Shown here: positions 1-10,176 of the stretch, in pieces
Layout of the letters: each line of letters begins with the position of its first letter
Position numbering within the stretch: the first letter of the stretch is position 1
IMG/VR virus record: IMGVR_UViG_3300046777_002497
Span: 1-64,000 of that record
DNA length: 64,000 nucleotides
From: a virus
Strand: one strand, 5' to 3'
Position numbers and translations under genes: made by a program
The notes under the pieces: generated by a model
What the model was told of the DNA's origin: nothing
Databases searched by the model: none
What the model saw: only the letters and a program-made list of their open reading frames with translations

Positions 1-322
1 GCCAATAATGAATAGCAATTTCTTCGTTTGGTAACAGTTCAAAACGCCCTTCTCTTCCATTGATTGTTGCTCGCGCAGAATCACCAGGCGTTACGCCAGA
101 AAGCGTAAGTGGAGAAGTGAGACGACCTTCCATGTAAACGGCCGTCTGATCTGCGCCAAGCAAGTAATCATACTGAGGATTACGCTTTTGTCTCAACGTT
201 GCGTAGTAAGTAACGCCAGTTGCAACGGCCACGTAATTACCCGTTTCGCTATCAAGTGCATAGCCTGAAGCCACCGACCATACCAGTGTGGAATTGGCAA
301 GTGGCTCTAGGAAATTGCTCAT
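1..322 (-). CDS. Partial head-completion/neck protein (runs off the window edge)
   Basis: ATG at 322 overlaps the upstream stop (ATGA); frame is open to position 1 (MSNFLEPLANSTLVW...); lies directly after the DUF4054-like gene. Confidence 0.6.
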   Translation of the reverse strand, partial: MSNFLEPLANSTLVWSVASGYALDSETGNYVAVATGVTYYATLRQKRNPQYDYLLGADQTAVYMEGRLTSPLTLSGVTPGDSARATINGREGRFELLPNEEIAIHYW

Positions 323-630
323 ACAACGAAACCAACAGAAGAGGAAGGAAGAAGATTCAGCATACGCTTGAACTCTTGACCATATTGAGTGGCATCTAGC
401 CCCTCGCCATAAACCTTGCCTTCAGTGGCACCAATTTGAATGCCCATTTGTGCAAGTTGAATAGCAATGATATGAGCAGCAAGAAACTTAACTGCCCTAT
501 CAGTTTGCTCTCCAAATACATCTGCAGAGGCATCGTAAGTGGCTTCAGAAATGGCGCCGTTTACAATGCCCGATGGATGAGGAGTGAATTCAGGGAAGCG
601 CTCAAGAAAACTCGCATAAGTGACTGCCAT
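319..630 (-). CDS. Head-tail connector, DUF4054-like
   Basis: FLERFPEF...LAAHII...TQYGQEF motifs; downstream of the major capsid gene. Confidence 0.8.
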   Translation of the reverse strand: MAVTYASFLERFPEFTPHPSGIVNGAISEATYDASADVFGEQTDRAVKFLAAHIIAIQLAQMGIQIGATEGKVYGEGLDATQYGQEFKRMLNLLPSSSVGFVV

Positions 631-632
631 AA

Positions 633-1019
633 TCAGGCCTTCCCAATACGAATGTTTTCAATGCGCTTATTAATGGCATTGCGTACGCGCACGCGACCTT
701 CAATCTTTTTCCAGCCATTCAACTGATCCGGGTCATGAATGAGTTCAATCATGCGGATAGCTTCTACCAATGGCATTTGAGAAAGCGTTTGCACATCCTG
801 AGGAATGTCTTCCACCATGATCTGTTCACGCACTTCTTCGATGGCTCCAATGTTCATAAGACGTTTGACTGCCTTATTTTCGCGAGCTACTTTCCATTGA
901 TGCTCTGGAATATCTTGATTAAGGCCAGGCGTGAGCTGAATCAAGCCTGTTTGCGTAATAATGCCAAACCCGCCTTCACGGGGCGGGTTCTCAAGTTCGG
1001 GACGATAAGCAATGAGCAT
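633..1019 (-). CDS. Hypothetical virion-associated protein
   Basis: 128-aa ORF between capsid and connector genes, co-oriented. Confidence 0.6.
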   Translation of the reverse strand: MLIAYRPELENPPREGGFGIITQTGLIQLTPGLNQDIPEHQWKVARENKAVKRLMNIGAIEEVREQIMVEDIPQDVQTLSQMPLVEAIRMIELIHDPDQLNGWKKIEGRVRVRNAINKRIENIRIGKA

Positions 1020-1074
1020 TGTTCAAAAGAAACAATTGTCCATAGCTTAACGCCCCTCTCTTGACTAACTATCC

Positions 1075-1983
1075 TCAGCTCGAAGCTTGAACGTAGATAA
1101 CGCTCTTGGGATAGTACAGAGCCACGCCACCCACACGAGCATGAGCGGGAACAATGAACTCAAGACCGCGCTGTTGGGGCGGGAAGAGTTCTAGCGGCTG
1201 AGGAATGTGCAGTTGCACTTTCTCAGGATCACGCTTGTACACAACCATGCGGTTGGTATTCAGCACGCTGTTATCGGCATCCAGTTGGTTGATAGGCTCA
1301 ACGTTACGGATGTAGGGGTTGGTGCGCAGGAAGTATTCCAGCACGGTCACGTCCGAAGAGTCGGAGTTGCGAGTGGTGCTCACCTTGTTATAGTCCTCAT
1401 AGGCCATGAGGATGGTGTCGGGCTGCTCCTTCATCTTGGAACCGTTGATAATGGCGGTCACGCCATAGTTCAGCAGCTCAAGCATTTCCTGAGCAGTGGT
1501 GCCGCTACCGGTGAACCACTTATCAGCAGCAACAACGTCAACAGTGGAGTTGTTGAAGAAACCAGACAGGCCCACGGTGCTCTCACCGAACAGAGCCACT
1601 TCTTCCACTTTCTCCTCATAGGCACGACGCACGGCAGCAGCACGACGCTGTTCCAGAGCGATGTTGGCCATTTGAGCAGCACGCAGTTCCTGCACGGTGT
1701 AACCGAAAGAACCACCGAAAGAGCGGATGTTAATGCTCTTCTCAACTTGGCTGATGTCGGCGCGGGGCAGATCATCAGCAGCATCAGCAATCAGCTTGAA
1801 CTCACCAGTGGAGTCCATGATGCGATAGGTGAAGGTCTGGGCACCAGGACCAGCTTCGCTAGTAACAGGCAGAATGGTCGGATATTTAATATCCGCATAC
1901 TGCACTTCAAACACTTGGGGGCGGATGTACTCAAGCTGACGCTCAAGGAACAGACCCGCGTCATCCATACGGAATTCAGACAT
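1075..1983 (-). CDS. Major capsid protein, DUF2184 family (HK97 fold)
   Basis: FLERQLEYI, GYTVQELRAA, ARVGGVALYYP motifs; strong codon bias; synteny with DUF2213 and DUF1073 genes. Confidence 0.9.
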   Translation of the reverse strand: MSEFRMDDAGLFLERQLEYIRPQVFEVQYADIKYPTILPVTSEAGPGAQTFTYRIMDSTGEFKLIADAADDLPRADISQVEKSINIRSFGGSFGYTVQELRAAQMANIALEQRRAAAVRRAYEEKVEEVALFGESTVGLSGFFNNSTVDVVAADKWFTGSGTTAQEMLELLNYGVTAIINGSKMKEQPDTILMAYEDYNKVSTTRNSDSSDVTVLEYFLRTNPYIRNVEPINQLDADNSVLNTNRMVVYKRDPEKVQLHIPQPLELFPPQQRGLEFIVPAHARVGGVALYYPKSVIYVQASS

Positions 1984-1998
1984 TGTTAGGGCCTCCTA

Positions 1999-2559
1999 TC
2001 AAGAATCAGCGGAAAGAGTAAAGCTGGGGCCATTCAGCTCCAGAATTGCAAGACCGCTGCCAGTAGTCGAAGTCAGGAAACGAGCGCCTGCAAGGCGAAC
2101 GGTTTTGCCAGAGGCAAAAGCATGAGAGAATTGACCAGCCTTGCCAGTGCCGCTAGCGGAATACAGCACACGAACAGGCGAAGTGGGCGAAACGGCGCCA
2201 GTCACATAAACGGCGACTGCACCCTCATTGGCAACGTTCAGCACTTGCTGATTCTTCACGCCAGGACGGCTGTTGGAATCAAGGGCAGTTTCGTCAACGT
2301 AGGTGAGAACGTTCACGCCTTGAACAGTGTCAGAAGCGCCAGAAATGGTAGCAGCGGAATTAGCGGCCGTGCCAGCGGTGTTGTATACAACCACATTGCC
2401 GAAAGGCAGCACAGCGCCGGTTTCATTGACATAGGTGCCAATGGTGTTGTCGCGGATGTCAGACAGTTGACCTTCCAGCAGTGCATTGTGCTCAAGAGCG
2501 TAGCTCTGTTGCACGCCACCAGCGGAGGCGGTGCCCGAAGCAGAGAAAGTTACGGCCAT
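1999..2559 (-). CDS. Capsid decoration/cement protein
   Basis: Ala/Gly/Thr-rich 186 aa between protease and capsid genes; LPFGNVVV, GAVAVYV and GARFLT motifs. Confidence 0.75.
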   Translation of the reverse strand: MAVTFSASGTASAGGVQQSYALEHNALLEGQLSDIRDNTIGTYVNETGAVLPFGNVVVYNTAGTAANSAATISGASDTVQGVNVLTYVDETALDSNSRPGVKNQQVLNVANEGAVAVYVTGAVSPTSPVRVLYSASGTGKAGQFSHAFASGKTVRLAGARFLTSTTGSGLAILELNGPSFTLSADS

Positions 2560-2561
2560 AA

Positions 2562-3761
2562 TTACTTAGCCTCCTTGGAGATGGAAAGGGGCTTCTTCCA
2601 AGCATTCTGCAGCATGTCCATGTAGGCGGAGGGCGCAGAAACAGGAGAAGCAATGGAAGCTACGGCTTTACGCAGCTCATCGGTGGTGGCAGAGTCAGAA
2701 CGACCCTCAGAGAGAGTGTCGAACATTGCCTGCACGTAGTCATCGCTCTTCTCAGAAAGATCAAGCTCATCACCACGCACTGCCTTGATGGAATCAACCA
2801 TCACTTCGCGAGCAGTTTTGCCGGCGAATGCATAGGCACTATCGAGAACAGGCTTGGCCTTCTCGATGAGAGCCACACGCTCTTCAACCATGGAGTCAAG
2901 GTTGATTTCTTGAGCGGCGGCCAGTTCGGTCTTCAGTTCTTCGATTTGCTCAGCCAAAGCATCAGCACGACCCTCAGCGGAATCGCACTTGCCCTTCATC
3001 TCTTTTTCCATTGCATCCATTTCGGACTTCATGGAATCAGCGGCGGCTTGCAGCTCGTCGTACTTTTTCTTCATGTCCTCGAAGGACATCTTGGCGTCTT
3101 CGCGTTCTTTAGTGATCGCAAGAGCAACGCTCTCCGTCACTTCAAACTCGGCGCCATCAAAATTGACTTTGGCAGTCATTAGATGGTCTCCTCCGTTAGA
3201 GATCAAAGATGGGTCAGCAGCATCTTGGCGATCAAGATGGAGCTTCACTTGCGGGCCTGCGCGGCCCCGGCGGACAACAGCGATGTGATTGCCGATGATT
3301 TCCTTTTGGACGCCATCGTAATGTTCGCCGTTTTCTGTAACGCCAGGCGTAGGATCATAATTCACCCTATAGCCCGCGCTTACCTCACGAGCATCGCCTT
3401 TCATGATGCGCTTGATGGTGTCTTCGTCAGTGATGGTCATCACTGCCTTGACGAAACCATTGTCGTACACCACTTCAGTGCCACTAAAGCCCACTTGATA
3501 GTCTTTAGTATTCTCGGAATCGAGAAGCACAGGCGGATGCTCTGAAGTGATGGCCTTGCCCGCAAACGAAGCAAGACTATCGGGAGACGCCACTTCTGTT
3601 TCAGGACGATATTCGCGACGAATGGAACCATCACTATCTGTGTAGTGTTGGATGCCAGTGCGCGCGATAGAAGCCCATGCCCGAAGATAACCTTCCGGCG
3701 TGAGTTCGTATTTCTCGATAGGAGAGAAATCGTATCGGCAGGAAATGGTGCTCATATTCAT
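2562..3761 (-). CDS. Prohead protease/scaffold, DUF2213
   Basis: TPEGYL, ARTGIQHY, ITSEHP, EVSAGY and NHIAVVRRGRAG motifs, followed by an acidic coiled-coil scaffold region. Confidence 0.9.
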   Translation of the reverse strand: MNMSTISCRYDFSPIEKYELTPEGYLRAWASIARTGIQHYTDSDGSIRREYRPETEVASPDSLASFAGKAITSEHPPVLLDSENTKDYQVGFSGTEVVYDNGFVKAVMTITDEDTIKRIMKGDAREVSAGYRVNYDPTPGVTENGEHYDGVQKEIIGNHIAVVRRGRAGPQVKLHLDRQDAADPSLISNGGDHLMTAKVNFDGAEFEVTESVALAITKEREDAKMSFEDMKKKYDELQAAADSMKSEMDAMEKEMKGKCDSAEGRADALAEQIEELKTELAAAQEINLDSMVEERVALIEKAKPVLDSAYAFAGKTAREVMVDSIKAVRGDELDLSEKSDDYVQAMFDTLSEGRSDSATTDELRKAVASIASPVSAPSAYMDMLQNAWKKPLSISKEAK

Positions 3762-3820
3762 ACTTTATCAAGAAGCAAATGTTATACTTTATGAGCTTAT
3801 GCAAAACGGAATAAATTCTT

Positions 3821-4099
3821 GTGATGTTCTTGGCACGTAGCACGACAGACGCTCTTAAACTTCCCCACCAGGAAGCACGTATTCTTATTGCAAGTCGCAT
3901 TAAAGAAGCCCGGCTTAATGCCGGGCTCACTCAACATGACGTGGCAAAAGAACTGCACATCAGTCAAAGTTCTTATTGCCGCATTGAAAAAGGCACTGCT
4001 CCGCCAGATTGCGTGCAAATTCGCACGCTTAGTGGCCTCTATGGAATCAGTGTGCTGTGGTTAATGGGTTACCCATCGTTCGTTGCAAAGATTAGTTGA
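3821..4099 (+). CDS. XRE-family HTH transcriptional regulator
   Basis: RIKEARLNAGLTQHDVAKELHISQSSYCRIEKG is a Cro/C1-type HTH. Confidence 0.85.
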   Translation: MMFLARSTTDALKLPHQEARILIASRIKEARLNAGLTQHDVAKELHISQSSYCRIEKGTAPPDCVQIRTLSGLYGISVLWLMGYPSFVAKIS

Positions 4100-4136
4100 A
4101 TTCTTGATAACAGGCATTTATCAGGAAAACAAATAA

Positions 4137-4448
4137 TCAATCCTCGTCGTCATCATCGTCCTGCAAGTCGAGAAGCTGGTCTTCAATGCCGCTCATCACG
4201 TAGGATTTCGCAATGGCTTCAGCCTCAAAGACAAGCATTTTGATGGGCGTAAAATGCTCATCTGGCTTTTCGTAGTGATTCTCCACGAAAATATGCGTTT
4301 CCTCTAAGCGGCCATTCTTGAAATGCTGCTGCTCAACAAGTCGCCAGAGGGAAGTATTGCGATGTTCGTGCGCCGACAAAATAGCCAGAGCTTTCATCAC
4401 GCCAATACCTTCATCATCTTCTTCAATGACGCGCACGTATTCGCTCAT
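4137..4448 (-). CDS. Hypothetical protein with acidic C-terminus
   Basis: 103-aa ORF coupled to the upstream gene. Confidence 0.6.
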   Translation of the reverse strand: MSEYVRVIEEDDEGIGVMKALAILSAHEHRNTSLWRLVEQQHFKNGRLEETHIFVENHYEKPDEHFTPIKMLVFEAEAIAKSYVMSGIEDQLLDLQDDDDDED

Positions 4449-4810
4449 GAGTCTTTCTTGCGACTTTCCACCATCTTAATAATGCGATTTGCCCATGCCC
4501 TACCAGCATCGCCGCCCCATAAATCCCATGAAATTTTTCCAGCATCATCTTCTCCGCCGCTCTTATTCTTTTCGTGGCGAGAGAAAAAGGCAGCCATACG
4601 CTTAATTGTCTCATAACTCACCTTCTCGCCATTGGCCAGACTTGTCGCACGAGCAACGCCACTGCCAATGCCCTGCTTGCCCGCTTCTTGCGTCGTCAAA
4701 CCTCCTTTCCCATGTTTCTTGCGTAGCTCTAGGCCACGACGGGCAGCAGATCGCACAGCGGCAGGAGGGGCAAAGCTTTCAGCATCGCCCCTCAGCGCTT
4801 TTTTCCACAA
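4445..4810 (-). CDS. Small basic head-module protein
   Basis: PPAAVRSAARRGLE...RMAAFFSRHE...ISWDLWGGDAG pattern, recurrent in phage head modules. Confidence 0.7.
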   Translation of the reverse strand: MWKKALRGDAESFAPPAAVRSAARRGLELRKKHGKGGLTTQEAGKQGIGSGVARATSLANGEKVSYETIKRMAAFFSRHEKNKSGGEDDAGKISWDLWGGDAGRAWANRIIKMVESRKKDS

Positions 4811-5052
4811 GAGCCGTCCTCCATTTCCTCCTCCTCTTCCCCTTCTTTCTCCTCTTCTCCAATGAGAGTCATAAAATAATTATCCCAGTAGGCGTCACTC
4901 TTCCCTTGACGGCTCATGCCAGCTTCCGAAAGAGCAATGGCAATTGCACGCTTTCTGTCTTTAATTTTTTCGCCACTGCTGCTTTTAAGCGTACCAGCCT
5001 TGAATTCGCGCAAGACACGCGCAACTTTTGCTTGCTTTTCTTTCGTAGTCAT
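4792..5052 (-). CDS. DUF6496-like small protein
   Basis: KVARVLREFKAGTLKSSSG...RAIAIALSEAG. Confidence 0.65.
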   Translation of the reverse strand: MTTKEKQAKVARVLREFKAGTLKSSSGEKIKDRKRAIAIALSEAGMSRQGKSDAYWDNYFMTLIGEEEKEGEEEEEMEDGSCGKKR

Positions 5053-5070
5053 GGTCCAAAGTAAGCGCAA

Positions 5071-5787
5071 TTAATTAATAAATCCTATCGGAGCCGTAGC
5101 AATTTTTACGCCCGGTAAAATTCTATCCCTACATAGGACCATACCAGTAATCAAGCGTTCAGCAATGAAAGCAATTGCACGCTTGTCGTAGCCTTCAATG
5201 GAAAGAAAATGCTCTTTGTTTTCACGCCAAATTGGGACAAGTCCAGCAAACAATGTTGTCATCAAGCGTAAATAAGACTGCCTGGGTCCGCGTGCCATAT
5301 TGCAGCCAATAAAGGAAGATTGCGCCCAAATTTTATCAATCTCCTCGCGCGTAAAAATCCATTCACCCTCGTCTGCTAATTTGCGAGTGATTACTGGCGC
5401 ATCAAAAGCAGAATGACCACCATAGAACTGCTGCTCAAGCGTGCAAGAAAACTGAGCAGGCTCTGGCACGTACAAAGTTTCTGGGCAATACCATTCAGCT
5501 TCCGGCTCTAACCAATTACGTCGATACTGCGCGTTACCAAGATTGGGCTCTTTTGCATTGTTAATCATCCAATGCACGCAAGAAAGTTCTCCCCAGCGAT
5601 TGTTGAACGGAGAAAGCGCAGCATTTTCATCGTCAAAAACGTAGCCTTCGGCGCGAAGACTTTCGCGCTCTTCCTTGCTCAGCGCGTGGCTTCCTCCCAT
5701 AATTGGAACAATGCGAGACTTAGCCGTGTACCGCACCTTCTCCCCTGGAATGCACACGGCATAAATGGTGCTATCAACCATCGCCAT
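5071..5787 (-). CDS. DUF4422-like glycosyltransferase-related protein
   Basis: N..WGELSCVHW, GNAQYRR, CNM and R..AFIAERL motifs; start codon uncertain. Confidence 0.6.
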   Translation of the reverse strand: MAMVDSTIYAVCIPGEKVRYTAKSRIVPIMGGSHALSKEERESLRAEGYVFDDENAALSPFNNRWGELSCVHWMINNAKEPNLGNAQYRRNWLEPEAEWYCPETLYVPEPAQFSCTLEQQFYGGHSAFDAPVITRKLADEGEWIFTREEIDKIWAQSSFIGCNMARGPRQSYLRLMTTLFAGLVPIWRENKEHFLSIEGYDKRAIAFIAERLITGMVLCRDRILPGVKIATAPIGFIN

Positions 5788-6490
5788 ACACCTTGCGGGC
5801 TTGCCACAGCTCATTGTAATTGTTGACGCCTTTAGCGCCAAGCCCTGTCAAGTCGCCACCCCCAGCAGGCTTACTCCATGCCATGATCGTGCCATCGGGA
5901 AGAACAAAGGCCCTGTTCTTCTGACCATGGGTGGGCGTTAGCTCAAGGTAGTCGCCATAGATAAAATCGGCTTGACTGCCATTTGCTGCCAAAGCTTTTC
6001 CAAGCAGCGTGGGACCAGTGGGGCACAATGGAGTGATGCCATAGTATTGTTCAATGCAATTTGCCACGATCATTTCAATGGCAGTTTGTAGCGCAGGGTT
6101 ATCTGGCTGAGAATAAAGCACAGTCGTAGCACATGCCCAGCTTGTATAACTGAAGCGCTGAATATCACGAAATGCCAAGAACTTAATTCGTGGTCCAAGA
6201 TACACGGCATTAAAAGCCCTTACGCCAATATCAAAGTACCAACCACCAAGCTTGTTCAATAAGCAGAATCGACCGAGATCTGCTTTATAAGAGAAAGGCT
6301 TGAGCGTGTCATACGCCCAGACCACTTCTTCTCCATAGTTATCAGCGATGAAAGAACGTAGTTCCTCGTTGCTATAAATCTTATGCTCTGCATCTGGAAA
6401 GCAGGCATCAATGGTGCCAGTGGCATGCTTCAGAAAAGGACTAAGCTCTTCCGATGGATCGTTAGACAGAAAGATTTGAGAGATGTGCAT
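5774..6490 (-). CDS. Glycosyltransferase, GT32/DXD-like
   Basis: SYKADLGRFCLLNKLGGWYFD and TGPTLLG motifs. Confidence 0.8.
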   Translation of the reverse strand: MHISQIFLSNDPSEELSPFLKHATGTIDACFPDAEHKIYSNEELRSFIADNYGEEVVWAYDTLKPFSYKADLGRFCLLNKLGGWYFDIGVRAFNAVYLGPRIKFLAFRDIQRFSYTSWACATTVLYSQPDNPALQTAIEMIVANCIEQYYGITPLCPTGPTLLGKALAANGSQADFIYGDYLELTPTHGQKNRAFVLPDGTIMAWSKPAGGGDLTGLGAKGVNNYNELWQARKVYGDG

Positions 6491-6492
6491 GA

Positions 6493-7716
6493 TTAAACAA
6501 TTTTTGCGGGAGTGCCAAAACCTTTAAATTCAGGAGCGGGCTGTTTTGTGTTAAGAGTGCGTTCCACCACGTCAAAAAGCTGCTGTTGAATATAAGGCCA
6601 AGTGAACGGTTCTTCGCGTAGACGCTTGTAGCACCATTGCCCATCCTTCTTTAGAGCACTGCGGTTTTCGTAGTAATAGGACAAGATTTCCGCAGCACTC
6701 TCAGGGTCAGGAAGCAGGCGCTCAAGACCATAATTCCGATCAGTCTCAGAGGCGTTGCATTGAATACGAGGCACTTCATCGAAGATCTCAGCCAGGCTTG
6801 TATGATCAGGTACAACTTGTGCCACGCCAACGGAACCATGCTCGCTATTGACTAGGCCCCACCCTTCACCGATGCAAGTGTTAATGCCAATATCAGCAGC
6901 GTTATACACCTTATTAAGCTGTTCGATGGTGAGGCAATTGTCTACGGAGAAATGGGGGCTTGTCAAGATAAGCTTGCTTGTTGCATCGAAACCTTCGTCA
7001 CGAGCGATGCGCTTAAACAAGGGGATGACTTCCCATCCCAAATCTTTGCTGCCCATGTTTAACCATAGACGTGCATCGTCTTTGTCCTTGGCAAATTTGA
7101 TGAACGCTTTCAGCGTGAGGTCAATTCGCTTGCGAGGCTGATTGCGATTGCCATTAAATACAATAAATACATCTTCTGGCACGCCAAGCTCTTTCCTGCA
7201 TTGTTGTTTGTCGAGCGGAAAGAATTTCTCGAAGTCAGTGCCATGGCCAATAATATCAACGGGCTTGTCGTAGCCCATCAAGCGCAGTTCTTTTTCGGCG
7301 AATTGCGTATAAGTGGCAAGACCGTCCCATTCTTCCATTTGAGCTTTCAGCTCCGGGAATAGACCGTAGGAATCAATGGGAGTGTAGACAAACCATTTGA
7401 AGCCCATCTTCTCCTTGAGCGGCTTCGCCTGTTGCCATAAATTGATCGCAATCCAAATATCGTTTGTCACCCACACCAGATCAGGCTTGACGGCTTGAAT
7501 AACGGACGAAATACGATGAGAGCCAAACGGATCTTGACCATGCGCCATTGCAGGCCACATTTTGCAATGCTGCTGCATTTCTGAGGGGTCGCCGTGCCAG
7601 TTGACTGCAAGTGCATGCACTTCATGCTCTTTGGCAAGAGCTGGAATGAGATATTCCGCCACTCTTCCAAACCCCGTTTGCACTCCAGTGTCACCGCAGT
7701 AAAGAATACGTGCCAT
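6493..7716 (-). CDS. GT-B glycosyltransferase (GT4-like)
   Basis: TGFGRV, NRNQPRKRID and GEGWGLVNSE motifs. Confidence 0.85.
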   Translation of the reverse strand: MARILYCGDTGVQTGFGRVAEYLIPALAKEHEVHALAVNWHGDPSEMQQHCKMWPAMAHGQDPFGSHRISSVIQAVKPDLVWVTNDIWIAINLWQQAKPLKEKMGFKWFVYTPIDSYGLFPELKAQMEEWDGLATYTQFAEKELRLMGYDKPVDIIGHGTDFEKFFPLDKQQCRKELGVPEDVFIVFNGNRNQPRKRIDLTLKAFIKFAKDKDDARLWLNMGSKDLGWEVIPLFKRIARDEGFDATSKLILTSPHFSVDNCLTIEQLNKVYNAADIGINTCIGEGWGLVNSEHGSVGVAQVVPDHTSLAEIFDEVPRIQCNASETDRNYGLERLLPDPESAAEILSYYYENRSALKKDGQWCYKRLREEPFTWPYIQQQLFDVVERTLNTKQPAPEFKGFGTPAKIV

Positions 7717-7778
7717 AACTGCCTATAAATCTTCGTCATCATAAACAGCTTCTATACTGACGGCACACGGGGAAAATC

Positions 7779-8468
7779 ATGCTGCCACCATCTTCTGTGC
7801 GTTTTTGCATTAGCACCTGTAATAAGTTCGCCGCTCATACGCTTAAGACAATCATCCCTTCCCTGACTCGCGCGGGTATCGGCACGAACGAAATTTTGAT
7901 TGTCAATGGTGGACAAGAAGATTGGCGCATTGATCACTATGGAGATGTGCCAATGATTTGCACCCCTCAGAATTCATTTGAATATACGCCCCTCATTGAA
8001 ATTGTCGAACACAATCTCACTAGCCCGTTTTGGTTCCTGCTTCACGACACATGCATTGCAGGGCCAGCATTTAAAAGCCTCGTCTACGAGCCGCCAGAAG
8101 CTTTTGAAAAGGTGGCAATGAAGCACACGCCGTCAATGAGCATCGGCCTTTACAGCATGGACTATCTCATGCGCCACAAAGAGCGCCTCACGGCGATTAA
8201 AAACATGGATAGCTCGCCACAGGCATTACAAGCATGGAAGCAATGGGGAGTGCCTAACGAGGACTACATGCTCTGGAAGCTGCAGGACTCGCCAACTGGC
8301 CTTTACCACCCCGATAAGCATGGCGCTGATGAATGGAATTACCAAGGACATGCTGATGTTTACGGAACCGGCATGCCTCGCCGCATAGAATACTTCCCAC
8401 AGTTGGATCTGTTTAAAGCCAAGTCAAATTGGCAAGGAGTTCAGCCAACACTTTGCATTGATATTTAA
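7779..8468 (+). CDS. Putative GT-A-like glycosyltransferase
   Basis: NSFEYTPLI and FWFLLHDTC motifs; lies within the sugar cluster. Confidence 0.5.
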   Translation: MLPPSSVRFCISTCNKFAAHTLKTIIPSLTRAGIGTNEILIVNGGQEDWRIDHYGDVPMICTPQNSFEYTPLIEIVEHNLTSPFWFLLHDTCIAGPAFKSLVYEPPEAFEKVAMKHTPSMSIGLYSMDYLMRHKERLTAIKNMDSSPQALQAWKQWGVPNEDYMLWKLQDSPTGLYHPDKHGADEWNYQGHADVYGTGMPRRIEYFPQLDLFKAKSNWQGVQPTLCIDI

Positions 8469-9445
8469 TGGCGCTCAAGATTGCAATCGTCGGTGGCGGC
8501 TGGACGGGGTGCCATTTAGCTTCACGCTTGATGAACGAAGCCGATGTGACTCTGTTTGAGCGCAATGAAATGCTCATCTCCGAAGCATCGTTAATCAATC
8601 AGAACCGATTGCACTATGGCTATCACTACGCCAGGAATCATGCCACGCGCATGTTGTGCAGGAATACGTTTGAACAGTTCATGATGGACTATGGCCATCT
8701 AACGGAAAACGTGCAGAATAATTTCTATGCAGTGTCAGAAGACGAAAGCTTGTTGGACGCAGAAACGATTCGCCTTATTTTTAAAGATTGGCCACACGCG
8801 GAAGCCGATGCGAACTTCCTTAATCGTTCCTCACTGCTTCTACATACCATTGAGAAATATATTTCTCCAACTGCCGCTGGCAATTACTTTGATGAGCTAT
8901 TGGCCCCCATTGCGAGAAGGGATGAAATCAATGACAATTCACTTGCTTTTTTGAAGCAAGATTATGATTTCGTCATTGATTGCACAAACAATTCCTTGCT
9001 GCCAATTCTTGATGGGGACTATTTTGAGGCAGTGGCAATGTTTGTTTATCGTCCCATCAAAACGCCCCCATTCGGCGCACTCACTTTTATTGATGGCGAG
9101 CTGTTCTCCATCTATCCATACGGATCTTCAATGTTCTCGCTGAGTCATGTGAAGCTTGGCGTTATTGAGCAAAAAGAAACAAATTGTTTCAGCAAAAATT
9201 ATGGTCAACTGAAGGAAAAGCGCCAGCTAATCGAGGATCACGTGGTGCGCTACTGGTCCGAGTTTCATGATTATTTTAAATACGCATTCCTTGTGGTATC
9301 AATTAAAGCAAAATGCAAAAACGCCAGCGCTCAACGCGTTCCCATTTTTAGGCAACAGGATAATCTGCTGTCTTTTTACACTGGCAAAATTCAAGGCATC
9401 TATGCCATCGAAGAGATGGCAAAAGAAGCCATGTTTCAAGCGTAA
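8468..9445 (+). CDS. FAD-dependent oxidoreductase (sugar-cluster type)
   Basis: IAIVGGGWTG Rossmann motif; ASLINQNRLHYGYHY; GKIQGI. Confidence 0.85.
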   Translation: MALKIAIVGGGWTGCHLASRLMNEADVTLFERNEMLISEASLINQNRLHYGYHYARNHATRMLCRNTFEQFMMDYGHLTENVQNNFYAVSEDESLLDAETIRLIFKDWPHAEADANFLNRSSLLLHTIEKYISPTAAGNYFDELLAPIARRDEINDNSLAFLKQDYDFVIDCTNNSLLPILDGDYFEAVAMFVYRPIKTPPFGALTFIDGELFSIYPYGSSMFSLSHVKLGVIEQKETNCFSKNYGQLKEKRQLIEDHVVRYWSEFHDYFKYAFLVVSIKAKCKNASAQRVPIFRQQDNLLSFYTGKIQGIYAIEEMAKEAMFQA

Positions 9446-10176
9446 ATGCTGCGGAACAGCGGATAGTCGCGCATATTCTTCTTGGCTTGAAATAGCTCGC
9501 GCACAATCGCGCCCTCGTAGTTAATACCATCAAGCATTCCCTTAATTTGCCTGTGCTCGTATTTATTTAGCAGCGGCCCATTATCAGTGTCGCTGATATG
9601 TACATGAGCAATGTATGGCCAATAATGATTCAGTAGCTTTTTAGGGCTATCGCCTTGAAGCCAGGCATTATTAGTGTCAAGCATTGTCTTGACGTTCTTG
9701 AGATTGCAGAAATCAATGTAGTTAACAATCTCGTTGACTGTAAAGAAATAGGATCCTCCGTAGCATTTTGCTACAGGCTCGATGCAAAGGATGGCTCCAT
9801 TTGCGTCCAGCACTGCATCCATGCGCTTCAGAACATTCATCAAGCAGGAAGGACTTCCTTTTCTCAAGCTGGGACTTCCTAGCACGAAGCGCTTGATTCC
9901 CATGAGGGAGCCAAGACTGATCACCTTCAGCAAATGCTCGGATACTGCAGCAGTGTCTTCAAAGCTTTGCACGTTACTTTGAAAGAATAAAGCCTGCGCC
10001 GAATAGGCCCATAGCCCATAGCTTTCGCGGTATTCTTTGGCAATATCGGCATAGTCTTTGTTTTGAGCAAAGATACGCGCAGGAATAATTTCTAGCACAT
10101 TAAACGCTCCAGCATTTGCGCTTAAGATCTGCTCCTCCTCTTCATCCTTCCAGCCGATAGCGCTAATTCCAAGCAT
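9436..10176 (-). CDS. Sugar phosphate isomerase/epimerase (xylose-isomerase-like TIM barrel)
   Basis: ISAIGW, VLGSP, CIEP, MLDTNN and HVHISD metal motifs. Confidence 0.8.
   Translation of the reverse strand: MLGISAIGWKDEEEEQILSANAGAFNVLEIIPARIFAQNKDYADIAKEYRESYGLWAYSAQALFFQSNVQSFEDTAAVSEHLLKVISLGSLMGIKRFVLGSPSLRKGSPSCLMNVLKRMDAVLDANGAILCIEPVAKCYGGSYFFTVNEIVNYIDFCNLKNVKTMLDTNNAWLQGDSPKKLLNHYWPYIAHVHISDTDNGPLLNKYEHRQIKGMLDGINYEGAIVRELFQAKKNMRDYPLFRSIYA

Noticed and set aside
1207-3545. Long plus-strand ORFs opposite the capsid and protease genes
   Set aside because: Antisense shadows caused by codon bias of the real genes
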